NCBI GenBank assembly: GCA_023205875.1
Contig: CP060757.1
Coordinates: 1,116,001 to 1,180,000, forward strand
From: Chloropicon primus
Lineage: Eukaryota
Direction of reading: 5' to 3'
DNA length: 64,000 nucleotides
How positions within the stretch are numbered: position 1 is the first letter of the stretch; the number at the start of each line of letters is the position of its first letter. Position numbers and translations under genes: made by a program. The notes beneath the pieces were generated by a model. The model saw only the letters and a program-made list of their open reading frames with translations, searched no databases and had not been told where the DNA came from. This document shows positions 53,304 to 64,000 of the stretch, piece by piece.

Positions 53304-55821
53304 ATGCAGCACGAAGATGACTTCGTCAAGCCCCAGCCCATTCCGGCGCCCGAACCTGCGCCATCTTGGTACGAGAACCGTCTGCAGCCGGTCCTCGCCT
53401 GGGCGGCCAGGGAGCCACCCCAGAACCAGCAGCTCCCAACTGGGACTGTTGTGGAGGTTCCAGTGCAGTCCAAAGGAAAGAGGAAGAGAACTTTCCTCAT
53501 CGCCGTGGTTGCCTTGATCGGGAGTATCTTGGCCCTTGTTGCCGTTGCGGTGATGACGTCCTTCGTGATCGAGTACCTTGACAAGGACGACGGCCAAGGG
53601 AAGACTGTTATTGTGAAGAAGTACTACGCGGTTCCAAACAAGAACGCAATGGAGAAGATCATTGGCGGGCTGATTGAGCTGGACGAGGACGAGGAGGGAG
53701 AGGATGTGGACTCCAACGGCTTCCAGGCCTCTGAGCGCTTCATGCAAGAATACGAAGACCTGTTCGCCTTCGAGGAGGACTGGGAGGACCTCTTCAACAT
53801 CATGCCTATCAGCGAGGAGGAGGAGAAGTACTACACCCAGCTCGAGGACGAGAAGAGGAAGAGCATCGTGGGGTTCGACAAGGGTGGGAGCTTCGGAAAG
53901 AAGAAGAAACCCAAGTCTTACAGCCCCAAAGCGAGGAGACTTTTGGTAAGTTCGCCGGCCCTATCTGCACGACAGCCCTCGATCAACTCGTGAGAATGCT
54001 CTCAAGAGGCTAACTCGCTCGACGATGTCTCTCACTTCTCCTTCACAGGCCACCAAGAAGTTGAATTGCCCCGAGTACCATATTCTTTTGCGTCACGTCG
54101 GTCACGAGAAAAGCGCCAAGGTCGTCGAGCGCATCGAAAACATTCTTGAGAAGAGGGGGCTCACCCGTCAGTACCTGAGAAAGCTCATCCTGAATCTCAA
54201 GGAAGGGCCCACTTTGGTTGCAAACATCTGCCGCGTGGCAAAGAACTACTTGAAGAAGTACCTCAAGAACGCGGACGTCATCATTCAGAAGACCAAGTTG
54301 CAGAGAGCCTTTGCCACGCAGGAGGACGCCGAGTGGGGTCTCGACAGGTTGGACCAGTCAAGCCTGCCCCTCGACAACAGCTTCGAGTACAATGTCACCG
54401 GGGCAGGAGTCCATGTCTACGTCGTGGACACCGGGGTGAGGGGAACCCACCAGGAGTTCACCGGACGCCACGGGGAGGGTGCCGACTTTGTGGACAACGA
54501 CAACGATGCGAGCGACTGCAACGGCCACGGCACCCACTGCGCTGGAACTGTTCTTGGAACCACTTACGGTGTTGCCAAGGGAGCCACCATTCACGGTGTT
54601 CGTGTTTTGACTTGCGAGGGCTGGGGCTACACCTCTGACATCTGTGCTGCCCTTGATTGGGTCAAGAACCATACCTTGGCTTCCATGGGCGGACACGGTG
54701 AGCCTGCTGTTGTCTCCATGAGTCTCGGAGGAGGAGCTTCCACTGCTTTGGACAACTGTGTTGATGACCTCGTTCAGAGCGGAATTCACGTCGTTGTTGC
54801 AGCTGGTAACTCCAACTATGATGCCTGCTACTTCTCTCCTGCTCGCTTGGAGGGCGCCGTTACCGTGGGAGCCACCACCAGCAGCGACAGCAGGGCCAGC
54901 TACTCCAACTATGGAAACTGCGTTGACATCTTCGCCCCCGGTTCGGCTGTGAAGAGCGCTTGGTACGACAGTGACACTGCGACTGCCACAATCTCTGGTA
55001 CTTCCATGGCTACTCCACACGTCGCCGGTGTCGTCGCACAGTACTTGCAGTCCCAGGCGATGAAGGGCAGAACCGGCGTCACTCCAGCTGAGGTTGAGGA
55101 CTGGTTGGCTTACAGCGCTGCTGCTGGCAAGATCTCTGATGTCGGTACCGGGTCTCCAAACCTGCTCTTGCAGAGTTCCTTTGCAGCCGTTGAGGATCCT
55201 GAGCCAGAGCCAACTCCTATGCCATCTCCGCCACCACCAGCGGAAGACCCAGTGGAGGAGCCAGAGCCAGCTCCAACGCCATCGCCGCCGCCACCAGCGG
55301 AAGAGCCGGAGCCAGTCCCAGAGCCTCCTGTTGATGGAAAGTGCGAGGAGCCTAAGAACCCTCGTTGCATGAGAGGGTGCGGATGGAAGTGCAAGCTCGG
55401 CTTAGCGAAGAAGAAGGCTCCTTGCAAGTCAGGAAAGCACATCTGCGGGTCTCTCTCGACAGAGGAGACCTACCAGCTCCACCCAGAGGTTCCTGTGAAC
55501 TCCACCATGACAGTGGAGACCATCTGCATCAGCGAGAGGTCTGTCTTGGAGGCCTACGTCGAGCCAAAGGACAAGGCCAACGCCGACAAACTTGACTTGT
55601 ACTTGCTGAAGGAGGTCAAGGGCGACAAGGCTTCCAACTTTGAGTTCGAAGACAACGAAGGCTGGAAGGTTGTCGGATACAAGTTGTCCGCCAACGCCAA
55701 GCACGGCTTCAGCAGATTGAGCAAGAACAGGAAGAAGGGCTGCTACTTGTGGGCCGTCTCGTGCAAGCCGGGAATGGATTGCAACAAGCTGGACTACGAC
55801 TTCTACCACAATGTTTACTAA
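53304..55821 (+). CDS. Subtilisin-like S8A protease 2; exons 53304-53945, 54049-55821
   Basis: Same triad as protease 1. A GTAAGT...CTAAC...CAG phase-0 intron joins ORFs 53304 and 54025. Confidence 0.92.
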
Positions 55822-56093
55822 GTCTGACCCCCAACTAGCGCTAGGGGAGAACCAGGTTGTACACTAGTGCAAATGTATATCTACTTGATGAATCAAGGAC
55901 ACAACTCCCTTCCCTTGGATCTTGGTCTCGACTCCTTCCCTCTCTCTCTCCCTCGCCCCCGCCTCCCGAATGCTCAAAGCTTGGCTCTTGAAAAAAAAAC
56001 CGAAACGCCTGAGGTAACCGGCACGGCCTCGCTCTCCACTTCACTCGGAGGTGAGGGCCAGCGAGAGGGGTGGGTGGGGACAGCTGTCGAACG

Positions 56094-58022
56094 ATGGAGA
56101 GTGCCGTCAAGAGTCGGGGTGCCATGCGCCTCAAGAAAGCGCTGGACTTCATGGGCCTCCCACCCTATGCCTCCGAGTCCCAAGTGCGTGCTCGGTACCG
56201 GGAGCTCTTGCGATTGAACCACCCTGACAAGGGAGGAAGCCCCGACGAGTTCAGACGGGTCCAGTCGTGCTACAAGTTTCTTCTGGAGAGGCTCGGCGGG
56301 CAAGAGGTCGGGAGCGGCGCGGAGGTGGGGAGGACGCCTGGGGCGAAGGGCGAGCACCACGGTCCTGCCGTGGCGCCCAAGCGGGATCCGGTTGGGGAGC
56401 CTCAAGCCATCAGGCAAGGGGAGGAGGACAGTCAACAGGTGGTCGTGAGCAGCGACCTCAAGGATCTCGGTGACGAGGCGTATGGCGAGGGCGAGTACGA
56501 GCGCGCGGTGGAGTACTACAACGCTGCGGCGGCCTACTCTCGCTTCGATAATCTCGTGAACTACGCGGAGCTACTGTACGCGAGGGCCAAGGCCCACCTG
56601 GCGGCAGGTAATGAGGGCAAAGCGGTGTCAGACGCGAAGCGGTCGATGGAGGCGAGGCCAATCTGGGGCGAGGCTTACGCCCTCGCCGGTCAAATTCAGT
56701 TGAAGCTGGAGGACTGGCTCGGTGCTCGAGCTACTTTGGAGAAAGCGCTCCAACTGCTGCGGGACCAGAGGGATTTGTTGGACGCGGTCCGGGCGGACCT
56801 CGCCGTGGCGTGCAAGGCCATCGAGGAGAAATTCTGTGTCTCTTCGTTGAGGGGTCATGCCGGTGAGGTTGTCCAAGTCTCTTTCCTCCCCGAGAGTGCC
56901 CTGATTCCCAACTCGTTGGGCTCCCGGTTGAAGGCCGAGAAGATCATCGCGACGGCGAGCTTGGACGGTACGCTGAGGGTTTGGAGCTGCGCATCCGGGG
57001 CCTGCCTGCACACGCTCCGAGGCCACAGTGCCCCGATCTCAAGTTTTCAGTGGTGCCCAGACGGGAGTGGCACCCTTGTGAGCGCTTCGGAAGACTCAAT
57101 GGCAAAAATTTGGCAGATCTCCAGGGAGAGCTGCAGGCTTCTGAGAACGATCCAAGGCCACGAAGCAGGTCTCACGCACGTGGCATTCGACAAGTACGGC
57201 AGCATGTTCTCGACGTCCTCGGAGGACGGCAGTGCTTGCATATGGGATCTCGAGACGGGACTTCTGCTGCATCGGTTGGAGGGTCACAGCGGGAAGTTGA
57301 ACAAAGGCGCTTTCCATCCGGGGGGGAGGGCTTTCGTCACCGCATCGGACGACACCACCGCAAAGGTTTGGGACTTGGGGGGGGACGTCGAGGATGCAGG
57401 AGGATGCATCCACACCTTGGAGTGGGGTGACGGCCAGGTGAAGGATGTCGAGTACACGCCAGATGGAAGATTCATTTTGATGGCTACGAGGAAGGCAGGG
57501 ACCGTGAGTCCTTTCTTCAGGCTCTTGCTGTTTAGTTCAGTCTCGGGGAGGATCTGCAGGTGGTTTGATGGGCACTCCGCCACGATCACCTGTTTGAGCT
57601 GGAACCCCTCTCAGTTGGTGGCAGAGTGGGCAACTCTCGCGACATCGAGTCTGGACGGGACATTGAAGCTGTGGGATATTCGGGCAGAGCCGACAGGCTC
57701 GGGAAGCTACAGCCTTGAGAGTGACGAGGCCCAAGGACGAGCACTGAAGCCGTGGGAAAAGCCAAAACTCTTCGAAGACATCGAAAGCATGTTCGAAGGC
57801 GCGCTCTTCTGCGTGGCATACAGCCCAGACGGCGAGTATCTGTGTGCCGCAGGACTGGACAATCATGTTAGGATATTCGACAGCCAGACTCTAGAACAGG
57901 TGCAGGATTGCTGTGGCCATTCGGGATGGATACGCTCCTTGGCTTGGGCAGATGATGGATCCATTGTTGTCAGTGCTTCCAGTGATGGGACTGCAAGGAT
58001 ATGGAATGTGTTGAAGCCATGA
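56094..58022 (+). CDS. J-domain + TPR + WD40 repeat protein (copy B)
   Basis: HPDKGG, KDLGDEAY..EYYNAA TPR, multiple GH...WD repeats. Confidence 0.85.
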   Translation: MESAVKSRGAMRLKKALDFMGLPPYASESQVRARYRELLRLNHPDKGGSPDEFRRVQSCYKFLLERLGGQEVGSGAEVGRTPGAKGEHHGPAVAPKRDPVGEPQAIRQGEEDSQQVVVSSDLKDLGDEAYGEGEYERAVEYYNAAAAYSRFDNLVNYAELLYARAKAHLAAGNEGKAVSDAKRSMEARPIWGEAYALAGQIQLKLEDWLGARATLEKALQLLRDQRDLLDAVRADLAVACKAIEEKFCVSSLRGHAGEVVQVSFLPESALIPNSLGSRLKAEKIIATASLDGTLRVWSCASGACLHTLRGHSAPISSFQWCPDGSGTLVSASEDSMAKIWQISRESCRLLRTIQGHEAGLTHVAFDKYGSMFSTSSEDGSACIWDLETGLLLHRLEGHSGKLNKGAFHPGGRAFVTASDDTTAKVWDLGGDVEDAGGCIHTLEWGDGQVKDVEYTPDGRFILMATRKAGTVSPFFRLLLFSSVSGRICRWFDGHSATITCLSWNPSQLVAEWATLATSSLDGTLKLWDIRAEPTGSGSYSLESDEAQGRALKPWEKPKLFEDIESMFEGALFCVAYSPDGEYLCAAGLDNHVRIFDSQTLEQVQDCCGHSGWIRSLAWADDGSIVVSASSDGTARIWNVLKP

Positions 58023-58078
58023 TGATGAGCGTGTGTTTCTCACGAAAAATGCATATAAGGGTAGTTTACATCTGAGTT

Positions 58079-59779
58079 TTAAAATGGTGGTTCGTTGTGT
58101 GGAACTTCCTCTTCTTCCACGGGGGTGTCTGGTGGTGGAGCCTCCTCCCCCTCCTCCCCCTCCTCCCCTCCCCCTCCTCCTTCTCCTTCTCCTTCCCCGT
58201 CCCCTTCCGCTGGCGGCATAATCAGATTGCCCTCTTCATCCAAAGGAGGCAAGTTCGCTCCGGGCGCGGTCGGGTGGTAAACCTTATACTTCTCTGGTAT
58301 CTCGTCTGCATACATAGATCCAAACCGCTCTTCGGCATACACAACTTTCCTGTAAGACCAACCAGACATCATCTTCCACGTGTTCCAATCCTCGCTCTCC
58401 TCGGCTATGGTATTGATCATTTCTATGATATTTTCAAGTTGAACCTTCTCTCTGTTGTCCCTGTCCCACTGTCCTAGGATGGGTTCTATCTCATCATAAT
58501 AGTGGTACGGAATGTTCTGGCCCCTCCAATCTTTCTGATACCCGAAAAGAGTCACCTGGTTGCATATCAGGTGAGAAAGGACGATGCCAAAGAACCCATT
58601 CGAAGGGGCACCGATCCTGTTGACGTTCATCACGTAGTGGTGGAACATAGGGTCGATCACATGAACCCTCAAATCGCTTCCTTCGGAGTTGACCATGATC
58701 TCTGCCTCCTCCTTCATCTGGTTGAACATCTCCCTGCTCGTTATGTGCTGCAGGATGATCTCATGAGTGCCCGGCTCGTGATACAGGAAGTGCTGAGAAT
58801 TGTCCAGGCGGTACGTCGTTCGCTTCCCCACGCTCTCCTCGAAACCAAAGGTTGGGCCACCGTTGAAGCGAAAGACTGCATCGTGCTTGTCTATCTGCTC
58901 TCCCAGCGGAGCCAGGAGGAGCCCACCCCCGTTCCCGATGATCGCACAAGAATCATGCTTGTGCCTGATGTGATACTTGAGCGGATCCTTGTCCGGAATG
59001 ATTCCGCTGTCCACTAGCTCGCCGTTGACGCTGCCCACGAAGAGGGACTTGAAGGTCGGACAGTTTTCTAACCACAGGGACATGTTGCTCTTCGTGTCCC
59101 CCGGCGGTGGGATGACCTTTGGCATCTTCAGCCTTCCTCCCACCTTCCATGACTCGCCGGACATGACCACGTCCTCTGGTCCCGAGGTCAGAAGCTCCTT
59201 GGTGCTGTTGTAGCCGCAGTGCTCCCTGATTGGGAAGAGCAGGAGCGTCTGTTCCTCCCGCCTCTGCCGCCTCAGCTCGGCCCTCAGCTGCGCTGCCCTT
59301 TGCCTACACCGAGCACTCGAGCACTTTGGCCGAATGCTCCCTATATCCACCGCCGGCTTCTCCTTCTTCTTCTTGTCGCCTTTCTTCTTCCCAGGTTTCG
59401 GTTGCAGTGGGACAGCCGTGAATTCCCCCCCAGGGATCTGCACCTCAGTCTCCGATACCATTCCCGTTCCCTCGAACGACCCTGCGCCCAACCCGCTTTC
59501 GACGCCCCACGCCGTCTCTGAATTTCCGTCGAGCTCGTGTTGCCTATTATAATTTCCGCCGTTCGCCTTCTTCTTGGTCTTTGGCGGCACATAGCCCTCA
59601 GGCCTCGTCTGGGGCAGCTGTATGTGCTGTATGTGCGGGCTCTCTACCACGAGCTCGTGTTGCCTATTGAGCCCGTCGAGCGCCACCAAAACCACTACGC
59701 ACACTACGAGGACTTTCACGGTCAGCGATCCCGAGTCCGATCCCTTGGATCTGTGGTCCCCTTCGCTATACCTGCCCAT
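58079..59779 (-). CDS. GT29 sialyltransferase-like type II membrane glycosyltransferase
   Basis: Sialylmotif L (SCAIIGNGG..IDKHDAVFRFN..VGKRTT), motif S (PSNG..CNQVTLFGY), motif III (YHYYD), N-terminal TM segment. Confidence 0.88.
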   Translation of the reverse strand: MGRYSEGDHRSKGSDSGSLTVKVLVVCVVVLVALDGLNRQHELVVESPHIQHIQLPQTRPEGYVPPKTKKKANGGNYNRQHELDGNSETAWGVESGLGAGSFEGTGMVSETEVQIPGGEFTAVPLQPKPGKKKGDKKKKEKPAVDIGSIRPKCSSARCRQRAAQLRAELRRQRREEQTLLLFPIREHCGYNSTKELLTSGPEDVVMSGESWKVGGRLKMPKVIPPPGDTKSNMSLWLENCPTFKSLFVGSVNGELVDSGIIPDKDPLKYHIRHKHDSCAIIGNGGGLLLAPLGEQIDKHDAVFRFNGGPTFGFEESVGKRTTYRLDNSQHFLYHEPGTHEIILQHITSREMFNQMKEEAEIMVNSEGSDLRVHVIDPMFHHYVMNVNRIGAPSNGFFGIVLSHLICNQVTLFGYQKDWRGQNIPYHYYDEIEPILGQWDRDNREKVQLENIIEMINTIAEESEDWNTWKMMSGWSYRKVVYAEERFGSMYADEIPEKYKVYHPTAPGANLPPLDEEGNLIMPPAEGDGEGEGEGGGGGEEGEEGEEAPPPDTPVEEEEVPHNEPPF

Positions 59780-60355
59780 GCTGTCTGCCCGAACCTTTAC
59801 GGCCCAAACCCAAGTCCCCCCTCAAAATGTTTTCGTTCTTCTCCCACTGCGTAGCTCCCAAAGTCTTTGCCCTTCGCGCTCACATGTGCCTCCTTCTCAT
59901 CTCGCCAGCCTCCACACAAAAAGCCCTTTCCCTTGTCGACCTTCCTCCCAGTCCCCCTCCTCCTCCTCGAAACCCTCCCCCTCCTCGAGAAACCTGGTTC
60001 CTGTTCCTGTCCTGTTCCTGTTCCTGGTCCCCTTCCCCCCTTTCTTGGCTGTGTCTCGTGTTGCGGTGCCTTGGCCAAGACGCTATTCCAGCAACCTGCC
60101 AATCTTTCCTCCGCCCCCTTCATCAATCCATCACCCTGGAACCTGGAAAAAATCAATCGATGGATGGCAATCGTACAACACCAAAGGAATCCTCCGTCGT
60201 CGTACAGTGTTTGGTTGGGTCGTACCAATAAAGGTCGGAAATGTCCGAAAAGGGTGTAAAGGAATTTTCCAGGTTTTGAAATGACAGAGAGGGGAGAGAG
60301 CCGATGAAGAGGGCTCGGACTGGCGCGGTGTGGTGTGGTGTGAAGGGAAGAAGGA

Positions 60356-61927
60356 ATGGGGCAGAACCAAAGCACGGGTGGAGGGGGAGGGGGGAAGAAG
60401 GAGGTGAGTGGGCGTGGGGAAGAGTTGTCTCGTTGGGTTGCTTCGTTCGTTTTGGAGAGAGGGTGAAGTGTGTCGGGGAACGACGTCGTGATCTCGCTGG
60501 AGATCTGCGTGTCCTCTTCCTCTTGTCTCGTCGTGTAGATCGAGCTTCACGTACGGGCCTCACGTGCGACTCGTCTCTTGCGGAGAGCTGACTTTCGACT
60601 CGTCTCTTCTATTTTGGTCTGATGAACTTCCGCGCGACGGAACGCGACACGACAGGGGAGGAAGAAGAAGTGGGAGCCACCAGCGGCACCCACGCGCGTG
60701 GGAAAGAAGCAGAGAAAGAAGGGAACGCAAGGCTTCCTGGGCAACAAGCTCCCCAGCGTCACCCCGACCGCGAAATGCAAGCTCAGGCACCTGAAGCTGG
60801 AGAGGATAAAGGATTGGCTCCTCATGGAGCAGGAGTTCGTTTCGAACATGCAGAGGACGAAGCCGCAGGAGGAGCGGCACGAGGAGGAGAGCTCCAAGGT
60901 GGACGAGCTGAGGGGCTCGCCCATGAGCATAGGGACTTTGGAGGAGATCATCGACGACAACCACGCCATCGTGTCCTCCTCCGTGGGGCCAGAGTACTAC
61001 GTGAACATCATGTCCTTCGTCGACAAGAGTCAGCTCGAGCCCGGGTGCTCTGTTTTGATGCACAACAAGGTCCTGTCCGTCGTGGGCATCATGAATGACG
61101 ACACGGACCCTCTGGTCAGCGTGATGAAGGTCGACAAGGCTCCCCTTGAGTCGTACGCGGACGTGGGAGGCCTGGAGAAGCAGATCATGGAGATCAAGGA
61201 GGCCGTTGAGCTGCCCTTGACCCACCCCGAGCTGTACGAGGACATCGGAATCAAACCTCCAAAGGGTGTCATTCTTTACGGAGAGCCAGGAACAGGGAAA
61301 ACGCTTCTGGCCAAAGCTGTCGCGAATTCGACCTCGGCGACCTTCCTGCGCGTGGTCGGATCGGAGCTCATTCAAAAGTACCTCGGTGATGGCCCGAAGC
61401 TGGTGAGGGAGCTGTTCAGGGTCGCGGAGGAGATGTCGCCCTCGATCGTCTTCATCGATGAGATTGACGCCGTGGGAACCAAGAGGTACGACTCGACCTC
61501 GGGCGGGGAGAGGGAGATTCAGCGTACTATGCTGGAGCTCCTGAATCAAATGGACGGCTTCGACGCCTTGTCAGAGGTGAAGGTCATCATGGCGACAAAC
61601 AGGATAGAGAGTTTAGACCCCGCCCTCCTCAGGCCTGGAAGGATAGACCGAAAGATAGAGTTCCCCTTGCCAGATGCAAAGACGAAGAGGAGAATCTTCC
61701 AAATCCACACGGGGAGAATGACCTTGTCAGACGATGTCAACCTCGAGGAGTTCGTCATGGCGAAGGACGAGTTGTCCGGCGCAGACATCAAAGCCGTGTG
61801 CACGGAGGCTGGACTCTTGGCACTGAGAGAGCGAAGGATGAAGGTTACCCACGCCGACTTCAAAAAGGCAAAGGAGAAAGTGTTGTACAAGAAGAAAGAA
61901 GGTGTCCCTGAAGGCCTGTACATGTGA
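60356..61927 (+). CDS. RPT2: 26S proteasome regulatory ATPase RPT2; exons 60356-60403, 60656-61927
   Basis: Spliced N-terminus [42 protein letters not shown], and C-terminal PEGLYM. Confidence 0.95.
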
Positions 61928-61970
61928 GATCAAAGCGAATATCCTAAACCTTTTATACATCAAATTGTAT

Positions 61971-64000
61971 TTACTTCTTCTTTTTCTTACCCTTATCCTT
62001 CTTTCCTCCCTTCTTCTTCGACGCTGTGCTAACCGCCCGGCCCTTGTTTGAGTTGCTAGGGAGCTTGTACGACCACTCGAGAAGCTCTTGGTCCTGTTCT
62101 GACTCAGTTGTGTCAAACTTGGACATCTCCGTCACAATCTCATTGACGGTCAGAGGCTTCTCGTTCACGGTCTTGCCCCTGCTCGAGGACGCAATCGACT
62201 TGCAGACCTCCTCTATCGCGGTTGCGGTGTGACCCCGACTAATGTACGTCAGAGAGGACAGATCGAAGTCTGGTCTCAAGGGGATGCGCTCGTTCGCGAA
62301 CTTTCTTGCCCAAAGTTCTCTCAGAGACGCATAATCGGGCAAGGGAAGATAAACGTGCTTGCTGAAGAAGCCGACGAAGGCCTTCTCATCCTTCTTCACG
62401 CACAGCTGGGGCTCGCTGGAGTGACCAATCACAAGGAGCCTCTCTCCTGCTTTGACGGTCTTCATTTCCTTGAGCAGGTCTTTTTTGATCCTATCAAACT
62501 TTTCCTCGGCATCCCCAAGGTACTCCTTCTGCTTCTTTTTATCAGAGCAGAAGACCTTCTCGGCCTCTTCGATCAGAATCACTGACGGGGCCATCGCTCT
62601 CGCGACCTTGAAGACCATGTGAATCATCAGTTGAGACTCCTTGCCCTTGTACTTCCCGTCCGTATTCCTCGGACTGATGTTGAAGATGTTGGCTCCAACA
62701 GACGTTGCGACAATGTTCGTCAGGAGCGACTTTCCTGAGTCCTTCACTCCGTAGAAAAGCACTGCCTTGCAGAATGGCGACCTTTCGTGAAGATATTCGC
62801 TTCCCAGGGGCAGGATGCAGAGCTCCTTCACGAGCTCCCTAGTTTGCCCGATGGAGGGCCTGATGATCTCGTCAGTCTGCTTCAGGGCAGAACCCAAGAA
62901 GTTGAATTCTCCGATGTACTCCTTCACGTTTTTTGTGTCATATGGGCGACAGATGCCCTGCTCAACAAGTTCGGCATACAGGGACTCCAAGCTCCTGTCC
63001 GCAGTGAGATCCTTCTTTCCTTTTCCCTTCTTCCCCTTCTTGTCTTTCTTTCCTTTCCCCTTCTTTTTCTTATCCTTCTTCCCCTTCTTCCCCTTCTTCC
63101 CCTTCTTTCCGCTCCTTGCCGCCTTCTCTGCCTCCACCATCTCTCTGAGGTTCTCAAGGAGAACCCTCATGTCCTTGTCCACTTCTACTCGAACTTCGTC
63201 GTAAACGACGGGGCGGAGCTCGTCCTTGACCATCTCAGCGTCATACTTTTGGAAAAAGTTGTTGCTCTCATCTCTTTCCTGCCACTTGCCGCTGTAACTC
63301 TTGACGCTGGTCTCTATGTCGGTGATGAATTTGGACTCTGGGGCCTTGTGCTCGTTCTGCTCCTCCTGCTCCTCCTCCCCTTTGTCATCGCCCTTGTCCC
63401 CCTTCTTGTCACCCTTCTTATCCTTCGAGTCCTTGTCCTTTGCATCCTTGTCGGCTTTGCCTGCCTCCTCCGCGGGCTCGTCCGGCTCCATCTCAGCTTC
63501 AGTCAAAATCATTTTCGAGCCTCCATCTTCCTCCTCGGGAAGGCTGTTGTACTCTCCGTTCTCAGGGTTCCTGGTCTCCACGAACCACTGGTTGATCTTG
63601 TCCTGAATCTCCTCCTTCATATCAGGGCCTTCCGTCTCGAAGATCCTTTCCTTGAGAGCAATAAGAGCCTTCTCGTACTCATCGCGGTTCTCTCCCTGCA
63701 TGATCCTTCTACGATCGAGGTTCTTCGCCTGCTTGGTGATCGGGTTGTCGTTCTCGTCCCTTGGCTTCGGCTTCATTCCGATGAATATGAGTTCCTCCTC
63801 TTCCATCAGCTTGACCTTCTTCCTCGTGATGTGAGCCCGAACCACGGACTGAATCTTGATGGCAGCCTCGTTCGGCGCTATAATGCGGCCGCTAACCTGC
63901 ATCTCCGTGTCAAAGGCTTGCTGCCTCTTCAGCTTCTCCACCAGCTTTGTCTTCTGTCGTCCCTGGCGACCGCGCTCGTTCGCCTGAATGATTTTAATGG
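61971..64000 (-). CDS. IQ and AAA domain protein (IQCA1/DRC11-like), 5' end outside window
   Basis: IIQANERGRQGR, IQ motif IQSVVRAHITRK, Lys-rich KKGKK..KDLTADRS, degenerate AAA (LFYGVKDSGKS; HMVFKVAR). Confidence 0.85.
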   Translation of the reverse strand, partial: IKIIQANERGRQGRQKTKLVEKLKRQQAFDTEMQVSGRIIAPNEAAIKIQSVVRAHITRKKVKLMEEEELIFIGMKPKPRDENDNPITKQAKNLDRRRIMQGENRDEYEKALIALKERIFETEGPDMKEEIQDKINQWFVETRNPENGEYNSLPEEEDGGSKMILTEAEMEPDEPAEEAGKADKDAKDKDSKDKKGDKKGDKGDDKGEEEQEEQNEHKAPESKFITDIETSVKSYSGKWQERDESNNFFQKYDAEMVKDELRPVVYDEVRVEVDKDMRVLLENLREMVEAEKAARSGKKGKKGKKGKKDKKKKGKGKKDKKGKKGKGKKDLTADRSLESLYAELVEQGICRPYDTKNVKEYIGEFNFLGSALKQTDEIIRPSIGQTRELVKELCILPLGSEYLHERSPFCKAVLFYGVKDSGKSLLTNIVATSVGANIFNISPRNTDGKYKGKESQLMIHMVFKVARAMAPSVILIEEAEKVFCSDKKKQKEYLGDAEEKFDRIKKDLLKEMKTVKAGERLLVIGHSSEPQLCVKKDEKAFVGFFSKHVYLPLPDYASLRELWARKFANERIPLRPDFDLSSLTYISRGHTATAIEEVCKSIASSSRGKTVNEKPLTVNEIVTEMSKFDTTESEQDQELLEWSYKLPSNSNKGRAVSTASKKKGGKKDKGKKKKK

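Noticed and set aside
60404..60655. Long RPT2 intron as a snoRNA host
   Set aside because: The TGATGA near 60620 lies too close to the acceptor and has no downstream D box.

Overview
Gene-dense, GC-rich eukaryotic nuclear DNA with short GT-AG introns, (GA/CT)n-rich promoters and many plastid-targeted genes. It is most likely a compact green picoalga (Chloropicon-like; this is an inference). About 28 protein genes are supported: DEAD-box helicase, amino-acid transporter, RWD protein, SYF1, FtsHi1-like, RAD51B, TlyA-like methylase, a 3-exon ATP synthase subunit e missed by the ORF track, YbaB, ABCF, VPS35, XDH, two J-TPR-WD40 proteins, glyoxalase, eIF2-alpha, rhodanese, trigger factor, a ~2770-aa secreted LamG/filamin/Kelch protein, OsmC, MRS2, a MinC-domain membrane fusion, two subtilases, a GT29, RPT2 and DRC11/IQCA1. 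The highlights are: (1) a 4-unit ~945-bp tandem amplification of tRNA-Pro(UGG) plus the FtsHi 3' end, whose identical junction damages the acceptor stem of 3 tRNA copies; (2) a spliced gene fusing a bacterial MinC C-terminal domain to a 4-TM domain; (3) an intronic C/D snoRNA (snR72/snoR72Y-like) in eIF2-alpha; (4) an 893-bp near-identical tract between otherwise diverged tandem subtilases. All calls were made by eye, with no database searches.
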